Source of the DNA: Chrysomallon squamiferum
Taxonomy: Eukaryota; Animalia; Mollusca
DNA length: 64,000 nt
NCBI GenBank assembly: GCA_012295275.1
Contig: CM022678.1
Location: forward strand, 19,964,001-20,028,000
Direction: 5' to 3'
Each line of letters opens with the position of its first letter. The first letter of the stretch is position 1. Made by a program: the position numbers and the translations under genes. Shown piece by piece: positions 1 to 11,454 of the stretch. The notes beneath the pieces are model-generated. The model had not been told where the DNA came from. It ran no database searches and saw only the letters and a list, made by a program, of their open reading frames with translations.

Positions 1-325
1 TAATTCATATGTCCAGTGCAATGTCTAAACATTGTCTTTTTTACAAAGCAAAGACATATTAAATTTTTGCTGTTAGATGATTATAATGTATGCATGTATG
101 TATGTTATGTATGTTTGTATATGTGTGTATATACATGTATATGTGTGTGTGTGTATATATATGTGTGTGTGTGTGTGTAGGTTTGTGTGTATATATATAT
201 ATATATATATACATGCACATGTGTGTCTGTGTGTGTGTGCACACTTTGGTAATAAATATGTTAAGAAAAACCTATCTATTACTGGTAAAGAGATGTTGAC
301 ATTTTCTATATTTAGATATAAAATA

Positions 326-474
326 TTATTCGATGTCTGAGTTGTTATTCTTTTCGTCTGACTCATTATCGCTGGTTTCTTCTTCGTTCTTTGACTTGAA
401 ACGTTTTTGCAGTCTGTGGCGACGTCTATACTTTGAAGGTTTTGCTGCTGAAGGTGAGTCATACTGTATGTAAC
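326..474 (-). CDS. RBBP8: CtIP terminal coding exon
   Basis: tttccag| acceptor (phase 1) completes ERG-YIQ (human ERGYIK); basic then acidic tail to TAA at 328-326. Confidence 0.9.
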
Positions 475-639
475 CTGGAAAGAAAAACAATCTGTAACAG
501 TAAATAAGTGAGACGATGGATAATATGAAAGGAGAGAGATGTGTATATTGTGTGGGCATGTCTGAAACAGAGACAGAGAGAGAGAGACAGTCATTAATAA
601 ATAAAGTTTAACAAGGTTTAATTACACAGTATAGATAAG

Positions 640-1035
640 TACAGGTAAATTAAAAAAGTTAAATATTAAAACTTAATACAAGTAAAAGATATATATATTA
701 ATATTAAAATAAACATTAAAATACAGGTAAAATAATATCAAAACATAATACTTGCATAAATAAAGATTAAAATCAACATAAAAGGAATAAAAATTAAAAT
801 ACTGATAAAATAAATATGAAACAATACAAGAAAAATAATTCCTAGACTAAAATTAAAATACTGATAAAATACATATGAAACATAATACAAGTAAAATAAT
901 TCAAAGATTAAAATTAAAATACTGATAAAAATGTGAAACATAATACAGATAAAATAATTCAAAGATTAAAATTAAAATACAGATAAAATACATATGAAAC
1001 ATAATACAGGTAAAATAATTCAAAGATTAAAATAA
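640..1035. repeat. ~60-bp minisatellite in the last CtIP intron
   Basis: Unit ~aaattaaaatactgataaaatacatatgaaacataatacaggtaaaataattcaaagatta, about 5-6 degenerate copies abutting the exon-8 donor. Confidence 0.85.
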
Positions 1036-1040
1036 TTCAC

Positions 1041-1188
1041 CTCTTTCTATGCACTCATTTGTGTCTGGAAAGCCGATAGACCAGAAATGTTCTGGGGTGA
1101 GAGGTCGTGCGAATCGATCCCGGTGTCGTGAGCAGTTCTGAATTCTCTTCTGTATTTCTTCTTCTGACATCCCAGTACTCTTGTAATA
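1041..1188 (-). CDS. RBBP8: CtIP coding exon 8 (RHR motif, CDK T-P site)
   Basis: tttcag| acceptor, G|gtgaat donor. Encodes YYKSTGMSEEEIQKRIQNCSRHRDRFARPLTPEHFWSIGFPDTNECIER, cf. human [31 protein letters not shown]. Confidence 0.96.
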
Positions 1189-2051
1189 CTGAAACAAATA
1201 CAACTTCACATGTATCTATACAGAATTATAACAATAACCAGTCATGAAACAAAATGTGTAGTGACTGTATAATGTACATTATACAAAATACACACACATA
1301 CACACAGACATGAAAACAAGGTGCCAAACCATTTATCTGGCTTCCAGAGATCTATAAAAATCTGAAAACTGATAATCTAAACTGAATACTGGCTGCTGTC
1401 TTGGTTTCCGTGACACACATGCTGAAAAAAAAGTATTTTATTTAACAATCACTCTTTATTAAACATCTGTACAAGAATACAGTGATTATTAAATAAAATA
1501 CTTTTTTTTTCTTTTCTTTTTATAACCACACACATGGTACCTGTAAGAAATTTAAGTGTATTAGAAAGTCAGTTAGCTGAAAATGTATCTTTAAAATAAA
1601 AAATATTTTCTTTCTTATCTGCATTTATATTTTACCCCATTTATTACAGGCAGTATTCTATAAAAGGTATTTCAATAATTTTAATTTAATAATAAAGATC
1701 AAACATTAACAGTGTTTAATTTGTATCTGTTAAATAGTTTCATTCTTTATTTTTATTTTTTTTGTTTTATATTTTCAGTACATATTTAGACTGCATCTAG
1801 AAATCATCTACAATTCTGGTCCCAAGCTTGCTGGGTAACTGGTTCAGAACCTGAATGCTCATACTGATATAAATATGCACAAATACATACTCAGACTCAT
1901 CCAATACAAACACATGTTCACACACACACACACACACACAAAATACAAATGCAAGCACACACACAGTATTTTATATATATGTGTATGTATATAATTCTGT
2001 CGACTGTGATTACCCTGTTCCAAACAAGACTCTTTTTCTCCTTGTTCTCAC

Positions 2052-2154
2052 CTCGTAACACTGCTGACAAGTCGAAGCTGGAAGATTTTTTCTTTCTTGT
2101 TTCTTCCTCACAACGTCCACATAGGCGTAATCCACGTCGTTCTTCTTCGGAACT
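2052..2154 (-). CDS. RBBP8: CtIP coding exon 7 (Sae2/CtIP C-terminal domain, CxxC)
   Basis: gcgcag| acceptor, GAG|gtgag donor. Encodes VPKKNDVDYAYVDVVRKKQERKNLPASTCQQCYE, cf. human [21 protein letters not shown]. Not in the ORF track. Confidence 0.93.
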
Positions 2155-2526
2155 CTGCGCGGTAACACAAACATTTCATTTAAACTTGTAACAGAATGAA
2201 TATCACATCTAACAAAGTCTTTATACTTGCAAGTTATTAGTTAGTTTCTTCTTCAGAACTCTGCATGACAACGCAAACACCAAAATTTCAAGTGTATCCT
2301 CTGGCAGTGCAAATACAGATTCAATTTATAATTCTTTCATTTAATAAAACAATATAACTATTTTGATTCTTGCAATATAGATATATATACATATATATAT
2401 CCAGAAGAAAAGATTCAATTTTTGCAACAGTTAATAAAAGATATTATTTTTTTTTTAAATGATATTACAGGTAAAACAGAGAGAGAGAGAGAGACACACG
2501 CACACACACACAAAATAAGCCAGTAC

Positions 2527-2635
2527 CTATCGAAACTGTCATCCAGTGACTGCTTGGTTTGTACAGAGTCCACTGAAAAACTTCGCACACATTTTGTTTT
2601 CTCCTGTCTGTTCCCACCCACTGACACTGTGAGAG
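2527..2635 (-). CDS. RBBP8: CtIP coding exon 6
   Basis: ttgcag| acceptor (an in-phase alternative ctcacag| gives a start at 2626), GAT AG|gtactg donor (phase 2). Ends SLDDSFDR, cf. human SLEDMFDR. Confidence 0.8.
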
Positions 2636-2665
2636 CTGCAAGTGAATTATTTGTAATATTAACAC

Positions 2666-2740
<75 letters not shown>

Positions 2741-3146
2741 AAAAAAACAAATAAACCACAAACAAATTCTGTAAACATAAATTAACTTAAATGAAGTAAC
2801 ACTGGAATTTAGTGTATGGTTCCAAGGATGAATGAAGCAAGGCAACTAACTAAAATTAAATTCAAAAATCTATTACAAAACTTTATTATTTTTGGTGGAG
2901 TTATTTTTTAGTTTTACTTGCATAACATATATAAAGTAAAAATATTACTGTAAAACAATCTTGTATGTCCTGTGTATTAATCTCATTGATACATTTAGAT
3001 TTTGACTTGCCCTCTATCTACAACTGAGTTATAAAATGTATTTAATAGATAAATAAATGAAGAAGGAAAAAAAAAAAGGTTATTTCAGCTATTGACTCTT
3101 GACTGTCATCAGGTTAACAGATGAATAAATTATGTTAATTGCTTAC

Positions 3147-4667
3147 TTTCGTTCCTACCGGTCAGCGAAGGTTTTTTCAGTGACAGTCGTTTCACAGAAC
3201 CAAACTTGTAACTTCTGGAACTGGAAGGGAAACCTTCTGACTCTTCTGCCACTTCGGGCTGGTTACCATGACAACCCGACAACACGTCTGGCTGAGGCAC
3301 AACGTCGTCACTGCAACTGTCCACAAACACATCGGCCTCATTCAGTTTACTCTCTCTTCTTCCTGTCCTTTGTTTTTCCTTTTCCTTCCCTCCGTCCTTG
3401 CCCAGCTGGACTGCGTGACTGGCGTCTGCATCGCCCGCTGGGAATTCTTCTAACAATTCATCAACGTCGTCATCCAAAAAGTCGCATCTTTTGGTTGTTT
3501 TCTCTGCTGTACCATTTCTCTCCGGCTTGCTTCTGTCGGCCATTTTATTTTCAGTACGGAAACGCTGTTCGCCGTTGTCTCCGACATTTTCCTGTTCTTC
3601 GCAAATCTGAGTTAGAGTGATGTTTGGATCCAGACTTCCGTTGAGGGGCTGAACAATTCCACTCAGGTTTTTGTTACTTCCAGCAAACCTTTTAAGACTG
3701 TGAGTATTCTTCTCGTTGTTACAAGTCTGCTTAATAATTCCATCGAGCTCTCTCTGATTAGTTTTTGTCCAATGTGCAGTATCATTCGAATCTCTCTCAT
3801 TGTCTCCTGCCTCTTGTATCATGTCTGTCGCTTCATTATTTCCCACCTGTTGCAGAATATCCGTTGTATCATTATGATCCAGCTGTGACATGTATGTAGT
3901 ATCATCATCGCTATTTCCTCCCTCCCATGCAATATCAGTTGTATCCTTTTCGTTGTTTCCCTCCTGTAAGAAAACTGTTGTATCATTATGTCCTGCGGGT
4001 GAGATGTATGTAGCATCATTTTCATTACTTGCTACCTGCACTGCAATGTCTTTAATGAGATTCTTGATGAGCCAAGACCTGTCAGGTGGCAAAGTTTGAT
4101 CAAAATCAACATCTGTCTTTTTGAGTCTGTCTGGTGTTTTTGTAAGCCAGTGTTTCTGTTTCTCTGTTTCTTTGTCCTTTTTTGAATCATTGACCGATTT
4201 AGAGTTCACAGCAACGTCACTGATATTTCTAGTCGATTCTTCTCTGCTGTTACTGTTATTGTTTTGGTTTTCGTTGTGCTGTTTTAGATTTTCAATCTGC
4301 AGTGACAGCTGGCGAAATCTCAGACCTCAGCTGTCCTGGATTAGAGACAAATGCTTCACTCAGAGTTACCTGTCGCATGTTTCTGTCGGGAAATCGCGAA
4401 ACAGGATCAAGAAAATGCTTGTTCGAATCTTTGCGTAATCTGTTTTTTTGCCTGCAGGTTTCTTAGCGTGGGATGTTTTCCGATCGCTGATGAGTGTTGA
4501 CGTCTGACTGCCTGTCGATTCCGACGATGCTTCAGACTGTGATGATTTTGTCAAGTCGACAGTTTCGGGTTTATTTTCTGTCAGAGTTGATTTCGTTTTT
4601 CCGTGATTTTTGTTTGTAGTTTCGGGGGTGTTTCTCGTCAAATGAATAAGCACTGGAGAATCAGAAC
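3147..4667 (-). CDS. RBBP8: CtIP coding exon 5 (large disordered exon; frame interrupted at about 4292-4465)
   Basis: ctttcag| acceptor (phase 1), GAA A|gtaagc donor (phase 1). ORFs 4366..4683 and 3130..4209 are in the same frame but separated by stops at 4368, 4362 and 4329; the -1 frame bridges the gap (open 4462-4295). Confidence 0.7.
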
Positions 4668-5114
4668 CTGAAAGTTCATTCATTTTTGTTTTTAATAAAG
4701 TAATCAGTTTGCTAAACCTATTTAAAGTGTATATGTATGTGTGTTTTTGTATGTGTGTGTGTAAATGTGTGCATCTGTGTGTGTGTGTGTGTGTGTTACA
4801 TATTGTAAATAAATTATGCTTATTCTATATTAATTTGGTACATTAAAAAATGTATCAAAAAGGGCAATTACATTTATTTTATTATATTTTAATGTTTATC
4901 AAGCATAAATAAACCTTACTTCTAAATAAATTATTCTTACTGTTTTCAACATTATTAAATTTAATTAATGTAAATAAAACTGAACCTTATTCCTAGAACA
5001 ATCATATATTTATATATATTTTTATTTTACTATTTTCATTGTTAAATACATGTTAAAAAAAAATCCCAACAAAATCTGACACTGATTTAAGTGAAATTAA
5101 AGAAGTTTACTTAC

Positions 5115-6003
5115 AACTTTCAACATCGTCAAACACAAGTGGTGAACTGACGTCTTGTACAAGTGCTCTGTTACCAATGAAAACCGGGGAAACTGCTTCT
5201 GCAACAACACCAGAACAGAGTTGTCTGCTCTTTAATCCTTCTCCTTCGCTGAGGCTCCTGTTGCCGCGCGACCCGTGACTTAGTCTGTTCTTCTCTTGTG
5301 GAGATTCATTCACTTCTGGCAGGAGTTGTCTCTCTTCCACTTCATTTTTGTTCAGTTTGCTTGCATCTTTTCGCGTCATGTTTTGTCTTCCATATCCGTT
5401 CATCATTTGTCTCCCCTTTACTTTACTGTTCTCACTTATCTCCCTTCCACTGTCACTCTTTTCTGGAGAGCTGCTGACACCATTCTCCGACTTACCATCC
5501 AGAACACTGACACCAGAAACGTTCAAATCCACACTCACGTTCATGTTTCGGCTGTTAACCACCCCACCCCAGTGTGTGGGGGAGAGACAGGGTTCACCGA
5601 CCTTCGACTCGGGGCTCTGCAAAACGTCCCTCGTGCTCCTGTCACCGGACACGGACTCGAAAGTGACCAGCGTGTCCGAATCACTCTCGGACTCCTCCTC
5701 GCTGGTCGAGCCCATGCCCACAGTCTCCGGCACAACCTCGCGCTCGGTCCCTGCGTCCAGCTCCAGTTTAGAGAAAATGTTCTTGCATTCGTTTGCGCCG
5801 TTGTCGCAGTTCTTCCCGAGCAGGTGACTGGAAATGAAACGCGCTGCTCCTTCACTCTCGTCTTTTAGTGCAGGATCCGTCGTCGGCGTTTTTTTCTCAC
5901 CGCTTTCTGCCGATGCGTTCCAGTTGTTTTTTCCCAAACATCTCTTTTTCTTCACAGGCGATGGTGTCTGGTGAAAACTTGTAGAACTCGAAGGAGATTT
6001 TGA
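5115..6003 (-). CDS. RBBP8: CtIP coding exon 4 (disordered, SP-rich; NLS-like PVKKKR; SPVF motif)
   Basis: Within ORF 5107..6030; tttttccag| acceptor (phase 0), T|gtaagt donor (phase 1); GC- and CpG-richer than the flanking introns. Confidence 0.85.
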
Positions 6004-6682
6004 CTGGAAAAATAATTTTAAAACTGACAAACTGTTATAATATTGTTTTTTTACATTAATTTTTTTGTATTTTAGCAGAATAGCCAGATGATAAATGTAA
6101 TTTAAATAAATGAAATGAGGAATAAATACGTGTATAAGGAGATTTTGACTGGGAAAATAATTTTAGAACTATCAAACTGTTATAAATATTGTTTTTTCCA
6201 TTAACTATTTATATTTTAGCAGAATATCCAGATGAATAATATAATTTAAATAAATGAAATGAGGAATCAATACTGCACTAACAGAAAAAAAAAGCTTTAA
6301 GATAGAACACTCTACATGTGTGCATATGTTTGTATTTTTGTGTCTGTGTGTGTGTTTTTCTGAATATGTGTTGCATGTATGTGGATGTTCATGTACATGT
6401 GTTTATACATAGGATTGATGGATACATGTATTAAGTATGAATGCATGTATATATTATGTGTGTATGCATGTATATATTATGTGTGTATGCATGCATATAT
6501 TATGTATGTATGCATGTGGGGGTGGGTGTGTGTGTGTTCTATAAACCAATAAATCTAAATCATTAAAAAATAAAACTATAAAACTTTACAGAGTGTAAGA
6601 TTAAAAATAAGCAGATCAACCCACTGTATGAAGTTATAAAATAATAATATATATAACTGTTTACGCTCTTGTAAATGTTTAC

Positions 6683-6776
6683 CTCATTTCTGTGACTTCG
6701 TTTCAGGTCTACTCTCAACTGTCGAAGTTTTGTTTTTGTGTCACTGTTCTCATCATCACTCAACTCATCCTCAACA
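6683..6776 (-). CDS. RBBP8: CtIP coding exon 3
   Basis: ttttaaag| acceptor (phase 2), GAG|gtaaac donor (phase 0). Encodes VEDELSDDENSDTKTKLRQLRVDLKRSHRNE; phases match both neighbours. Confidence 0.8.
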
Positions 6777-8322
6777 CTTTAAAATAAAAAATAATATTCA
6801 ACAGTTTATTTGTTTAATATGACCTTAAAACAGTCACAGCTCATAAAGACGTGAAAACATATTTACAAAACCATCCAAGAAACATAAAAAAATCATAAAA
6901 AGATTAAAAACATATTTATCTAAATCATAAAATAATAAGTAAAATCTGTCTGTCTGTCTGTCTGTCTGCCTACCTACATACATACATACATATATATAAA
7001 AACTAAGAAAAACATCTAAGCTATTCATATTTCTAACCTGTTCTTGTTTCCCACCAAAATATTTATGGACCTTTTAAGGTCCATATGATTCTAAGGACTT
7101 CACAGGTACAATAATGATTAGTGATTGTCAAAATTACCAAAAGTTGGATATGTGACCCACTTTGTGTGGTGGAAAAATAACCAGAGGCCTGGGTGTGAAT
7201 GAACAGGGATCAGTGAGGTGAATAACAATGATGTCATGTCTCTAACATATTTTTAGCTCTTTCACTGATTAATTAAAAACAGCATTTAATGGTAATGACA
7301 TTTTTATGTATGTCAGCTTACCACTAGAAAATGGTTAATACAACACTGGAGCTCAGCCAGAACAGAAATTTTAATAACAAAACCTCAGCTAACAAACAAA
7401 ATCTCATGGAAATAAATAAGTCAAATTGTGTCTCTAACTAAATTAAAGAAAACAAAAGAAAACTAACATAAACATATTTTCAGCATTTCCAAATTATTGG
7501 TTTAATTGTTATTGGCAATCACTCTTTTCTGATAATAAAATATGAAGTAAAAAGCTCCTGCAAGAAGGATGACAACTAATACCAGGATGTATTATTCTTA
7601 AGCCTGACTAGATTTCTTTTATTGGATGCAGATGTCTCTCTTTCAACAACTGTGGAGAAAGATCAAAGTACTGGAAGAGGCCCAAAATACCTGAAGCCTT
7701 TGGACATAGGTCAACGTACATGATACAGCCGAATTAATACTTTTAATAATGTCATATAATACAGAAAAATCCTCAACAGGCTGAGTAAGTCCTAACTTTT
7801 TCTTAGTAGCAAAAACCTGTCAAGACAAAATTCAGTAAAGGTGATGATGCCTGAACCAAAAATTACCAAAATCTGAAAAAAGGCACCAGATTTTGAAACT
7901 ATTTTTCAAGCAGCTAAAATTAAAACTTCTTACAGACTGCAGGTAATTTTGTGAACCCAGTTTCTTTTTTCATGCACAAAAATGATTATAAATATCATAC
8001 AAAAAAACGAAAGAAAAGAGATTACTAAATTAAAATTTAGATTTAGTATTTAGATTTAGTTTTTATTATCAGGTTATCTCGATTTCCAACTTGAGAAAAG
8101 TCCAAAACAGTTCTGATCTGAACCATTCTGAGATACAGGATCCTCTATACATGTGTGCATAAATAATGTATAAATATTTATAAATCATGCTTCTAGTCCA
8201 TTTGTGAAAGATGTATTCTTACAAATACATTTTACATCATGATTTAAGCTAACACAATAACTTAAACCAATGTAAAAAGAAAAACAAACAATTTAAATTA
8301 AATGCTGTTAATTGTCACTTAC

Positions 8323-8440
8323 TTTGTTTTTAGCTCTTTCACAGCATTTTCAAAGTTTCTGTTCTCCTGTTTCAGAGTTTCGTTCTCTTTTTCTAGTTGA
8401 GTGACTATCCTTTTTAATTGGTCAACTTCATTTTTTAATT
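8323..8440 (-). CDS. RBBP8: CtIP coding exon 2 (coiled coil)
   Basis: ttgtttttag| acceptor, |gtaagt donor, phase 1 in and phase 2 out. Encodes (E)LKNEVDQLKRIVTQLEKENETLKQENRNFENAVKELKT(N), with heptad pattern. Confidence 0.85.
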
Positions 8441-8492
8441 CTAAAAACAAATATAGAATTTAAAACTAATTAATTTAGTTATATACAGAAAA

Positions 8493-8550
<58 letters not shown>

Positions 8551-8687
8551 AAAAGATTCCCAAAGATTATTTAAATTATAATAAAAAATATTTATTGTAT
8601 GGGTATTTGTATAAGAATGTATGTCTGTGTGTGTGTCCATATATATATTTATGTACATATTTGGATGTGTCTATATAGACGTGTGTG

Positions 8688-8737
<50 letters not shown>

Positions 8738-8738
8738 C

Positions 8739-8847
8739 CTCTAACAGCTCCTCGATGAACATAGAACACTTCTTTCAGAGCCTGGCTGATTGTTTTTGGA
8801 CATGTTTGTTGATTGTGGTTTCTTGTCTCTTCCATTCTGTCACACAT
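8739..8847 (-). CDS. RBBP8: CtIP/RBBP8 coding exon 1 (start codon; N-terminal tetramerisation helix)
   Basis: ATG at 8847 (alternative at 8835), in-frame stop upstream, acceptor catag| at 8895, donor AGA G|gtatat (phase 1). MCDRMEETRNHNQQTCPKTISQALKEVFYVHRGAVRE continues LKNEVDQLK and aligns by eye to human [27 protein letters not shown] (HxxxVxxLxxxVxxLK). Confidence 0.8.
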
Positions 8848-9486
8848 CTGTTTCACTTGATTTGTATTCTTGCTCTCCGATACACTGCTTTAACCTATGA
8901 TAAATAAATAAATTAATAAATAGATAAATAAATAGATAAATAAATAAATAAATAACAATAATAATAATAAAGAACAATAACAAAAATAACAATAATAATA
9001 ATAAGTAGCAATAAGAATAATAAATAATAAATACTAACAATAATAAAAAATAATAACAACAACAACAATAATAATAATAGATAAATGAGACAATACACAG
9101 AAGTATTAGTACAGATATACATTACTCTGGCTATAGACATGTATCTATAAATGTGTGTTTTTTACAGAATGAAACTTTGAAACAGGAAAACAAAAATAAG
9201 TGTTTTCAAGGTAGATTGATCGTTATTTACAAATATTTTTAAGAAAGATAAAATAATAGAGTAATACATCTAATGCCTGATTAAAGCTTGGGCTTTGGCA
9301 TCCTCCAAGATTAAATGAAAATGTATTTTTACCTTTTGCATCTGTAATTGAGGAATCTGGATATTTTAAATTGTATCATAACCTGGCTTAAGCAGATTAG
9401 TATGATTAATAATATTAAATTACATATATATATATATAATCTTAGGAAGTAGTAAATTAGCTTTACAATAGAAATATTACTGCATT

Positions 9487-9620
9487 AATTTACATGATCA
9501 AAGACAAAAGGTTATTTTATACAATAATATTTTAAATACACACAGTGACATATATGTAATAATCTATGTATATTAAAATAAAATTGTGTATAAATTACCT
9601 TTTTGTCCTTGATCATGTTA

Positions 9621-9625
<5 letters not shown>
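9487..9625. repeat. Imperfect ~140-bp palindrome (MITE/foldback-like)
   Basis: atttacatgatcaaagacaaaaggttattt (from ~9488) pairs with aaattacctttttgtccttgatcatgttaaat (to ~9623); pairing continues inward imperfectly. Confidence 0.65.
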
Positions 9626-9666
<41 letters not shown>

Positions 9667-10722
9667 TTACCTCTCTACTCAATCAGTCTTAAAACGTAAT
9701 GCATTATTTTATACAAAGTAAATATTTTTCGGAAAATACGAAAATGAAAGTTGAATTCAATTAATCCATTTAAAGACGTAAAATGTTTCTGGTGGCTAGA
9801 TCGCTATGAGGTTCCATTTGTTAATATACGATCATATCAGGACATAATTAACTGAAATTGTTAACGAGTACTCTATAAGTTACAACTAAAAGTTTAAGTT
9901 TTCACTGTCTGCAAGTAATTTGAAATCAACACTCCAAAAAACCGCCATTCTTTAATCACTTCTTCTGTAATTTCCTCCATTCATTTGTAATGTAGAATAG
10001 GCTAACAGTATAATTTTCGTTATAATTTTCCTAATGAATGTATTGTATTTGTCTAGGGGCGTAAGTACTTTTGCACTGATTTGTTCAATGTTCCTGTTAA
10101 ATAATATAGGTATTTGTAGTCTTACCAAATCAACCAATTAATTTTCTGAAGCTAACTTCCTTAACCGCTAATCTAAGGGAGGTAAGTAAGAAACTGAAGA
10201 GCCTCTACTTTTAGCAATGCCGGAATTTTATCAATGCCGGCAATAATAATGTTTTCTGTAACTGAAAATAAAACAAATAAACTAAACTGAAACGAAAATT
10301 TTTTAAAAATAAATAGAAATTGGTTACTTTCAACTCGGCTCTCCTGATCGCAAAAAATAAAAATAAATTAAAAAAAAATTAAAATAATAATTAATTAATC
10401 AAATAGTCGCTACATGCTATTAAAAAGACTTAATCTGTTTTGTGTTTTCTTAATAAATCAAAACTGCCATGTGATTTTCTTTTTTTTTTTTTTTTTTTTT
10501 TGAGCTTCTATATATATTCTTATTATTATTATTATGGCGTTAGCGCCAAAATAATAAATCATAAAAGTACAAAGAATTTACGAAATACCTTTGAAATTTC
10601 CATTATTATTATTATTATTTTGTTGTTGTTGTTGTTGTTATTACCGCCCAAAGCGGTTTAGAAAATTTTAAACGTATTAGTGGTTTGTTATTCGCCATGT
10701 TCTTAACATTTTTATTTTTTAC

Positions 10723-10755
<33 letters not shown>

Positions 10756-11258
10756 GTGAATGTAGTATTTCGTTAAAGTACTAATCTTACTGTTGTCTTT
10801 ATTTTCATCGTCATTTTGTCATTGTTTAAAAGTCATCATAATTCTGAATAGCAATGAATTATCGCCATTCTCTAAGATTCAAGTGAAACAAGTGCGCATG
10901 CATAATCTGAATTGGTTTGAGATGTTGAATAACTCGCATCGGATAAAAATGTTGTCTGCTCCTTGTCCACAGTAACGAAAATCGGATTTCGGGGGAGGTC
11001 TATGGAAATGCTTAGCATCGAAATTTAAAAAAAAAAAAAAAAAAAATATTGATTTCTTTTTGTTTTCCTCTCATGGGATAATTTGCTATTCTTATCGTGT
11101 TACATTACAGATAATAAAATTTAAATTAATAATAAATAAATAAATAAATAAATAAAAAATTCCAGTAGATCAATAAATAATTAGTATTAAACAAACATCA
11201 GAAAACTGTACATTATTAGTAACTCCAACGTGTTTTGTATGTCTGCTGCAAGTTACGA

Positions 11259-11278
11259 TTTTGGCGCCAAACGCGCGT
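11259..11278. promoter_or_regulatory. Palindromic E2F site TTTGGCGCCAAA with adjacent ACGCGCGT
   Basis: Exact 12-bp palindrome at 11260-11271, about 185 bp upstream of the small-gene ATG, between the divergent genes. Confidence 0.6.
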
Positions 11279-11454
11279 CGATTACATTAAAACTATATTT
11301 GTTTTCGACTTTCCAAATATTTGACCCGATAACGTTTAACAATTCTCTGTATTTATTTAATGACCAAAATAGTCTCCAGAGCTTATCAAAATCGTTAGTT
11401 ACAATAAACTTTTGTTCAGTGAACGAAACACATTAGCGACAACTAGTAACAAAG

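Noticed and set aside
4327-4368. Selenocysteine or stop-codon readthrough to explain the CtIP stops
   Set aside because: Three in-frame stops including TAA, and the conserved motif lies in another frame, so a frame change rather than readthrough is indicated.
3132-5868. Plus-strand ORFs antisense to CtIP exons (162, 105, 190 and 159 aa)
   Set aside because: Typical shadow ORFs of long coding exons; no motifs or splice support.
7550-7740. Possible extra CtIP exon or transposase fragment
   Set aside because: Stops in the frame examined, and the flanking exons already join in phase without it.
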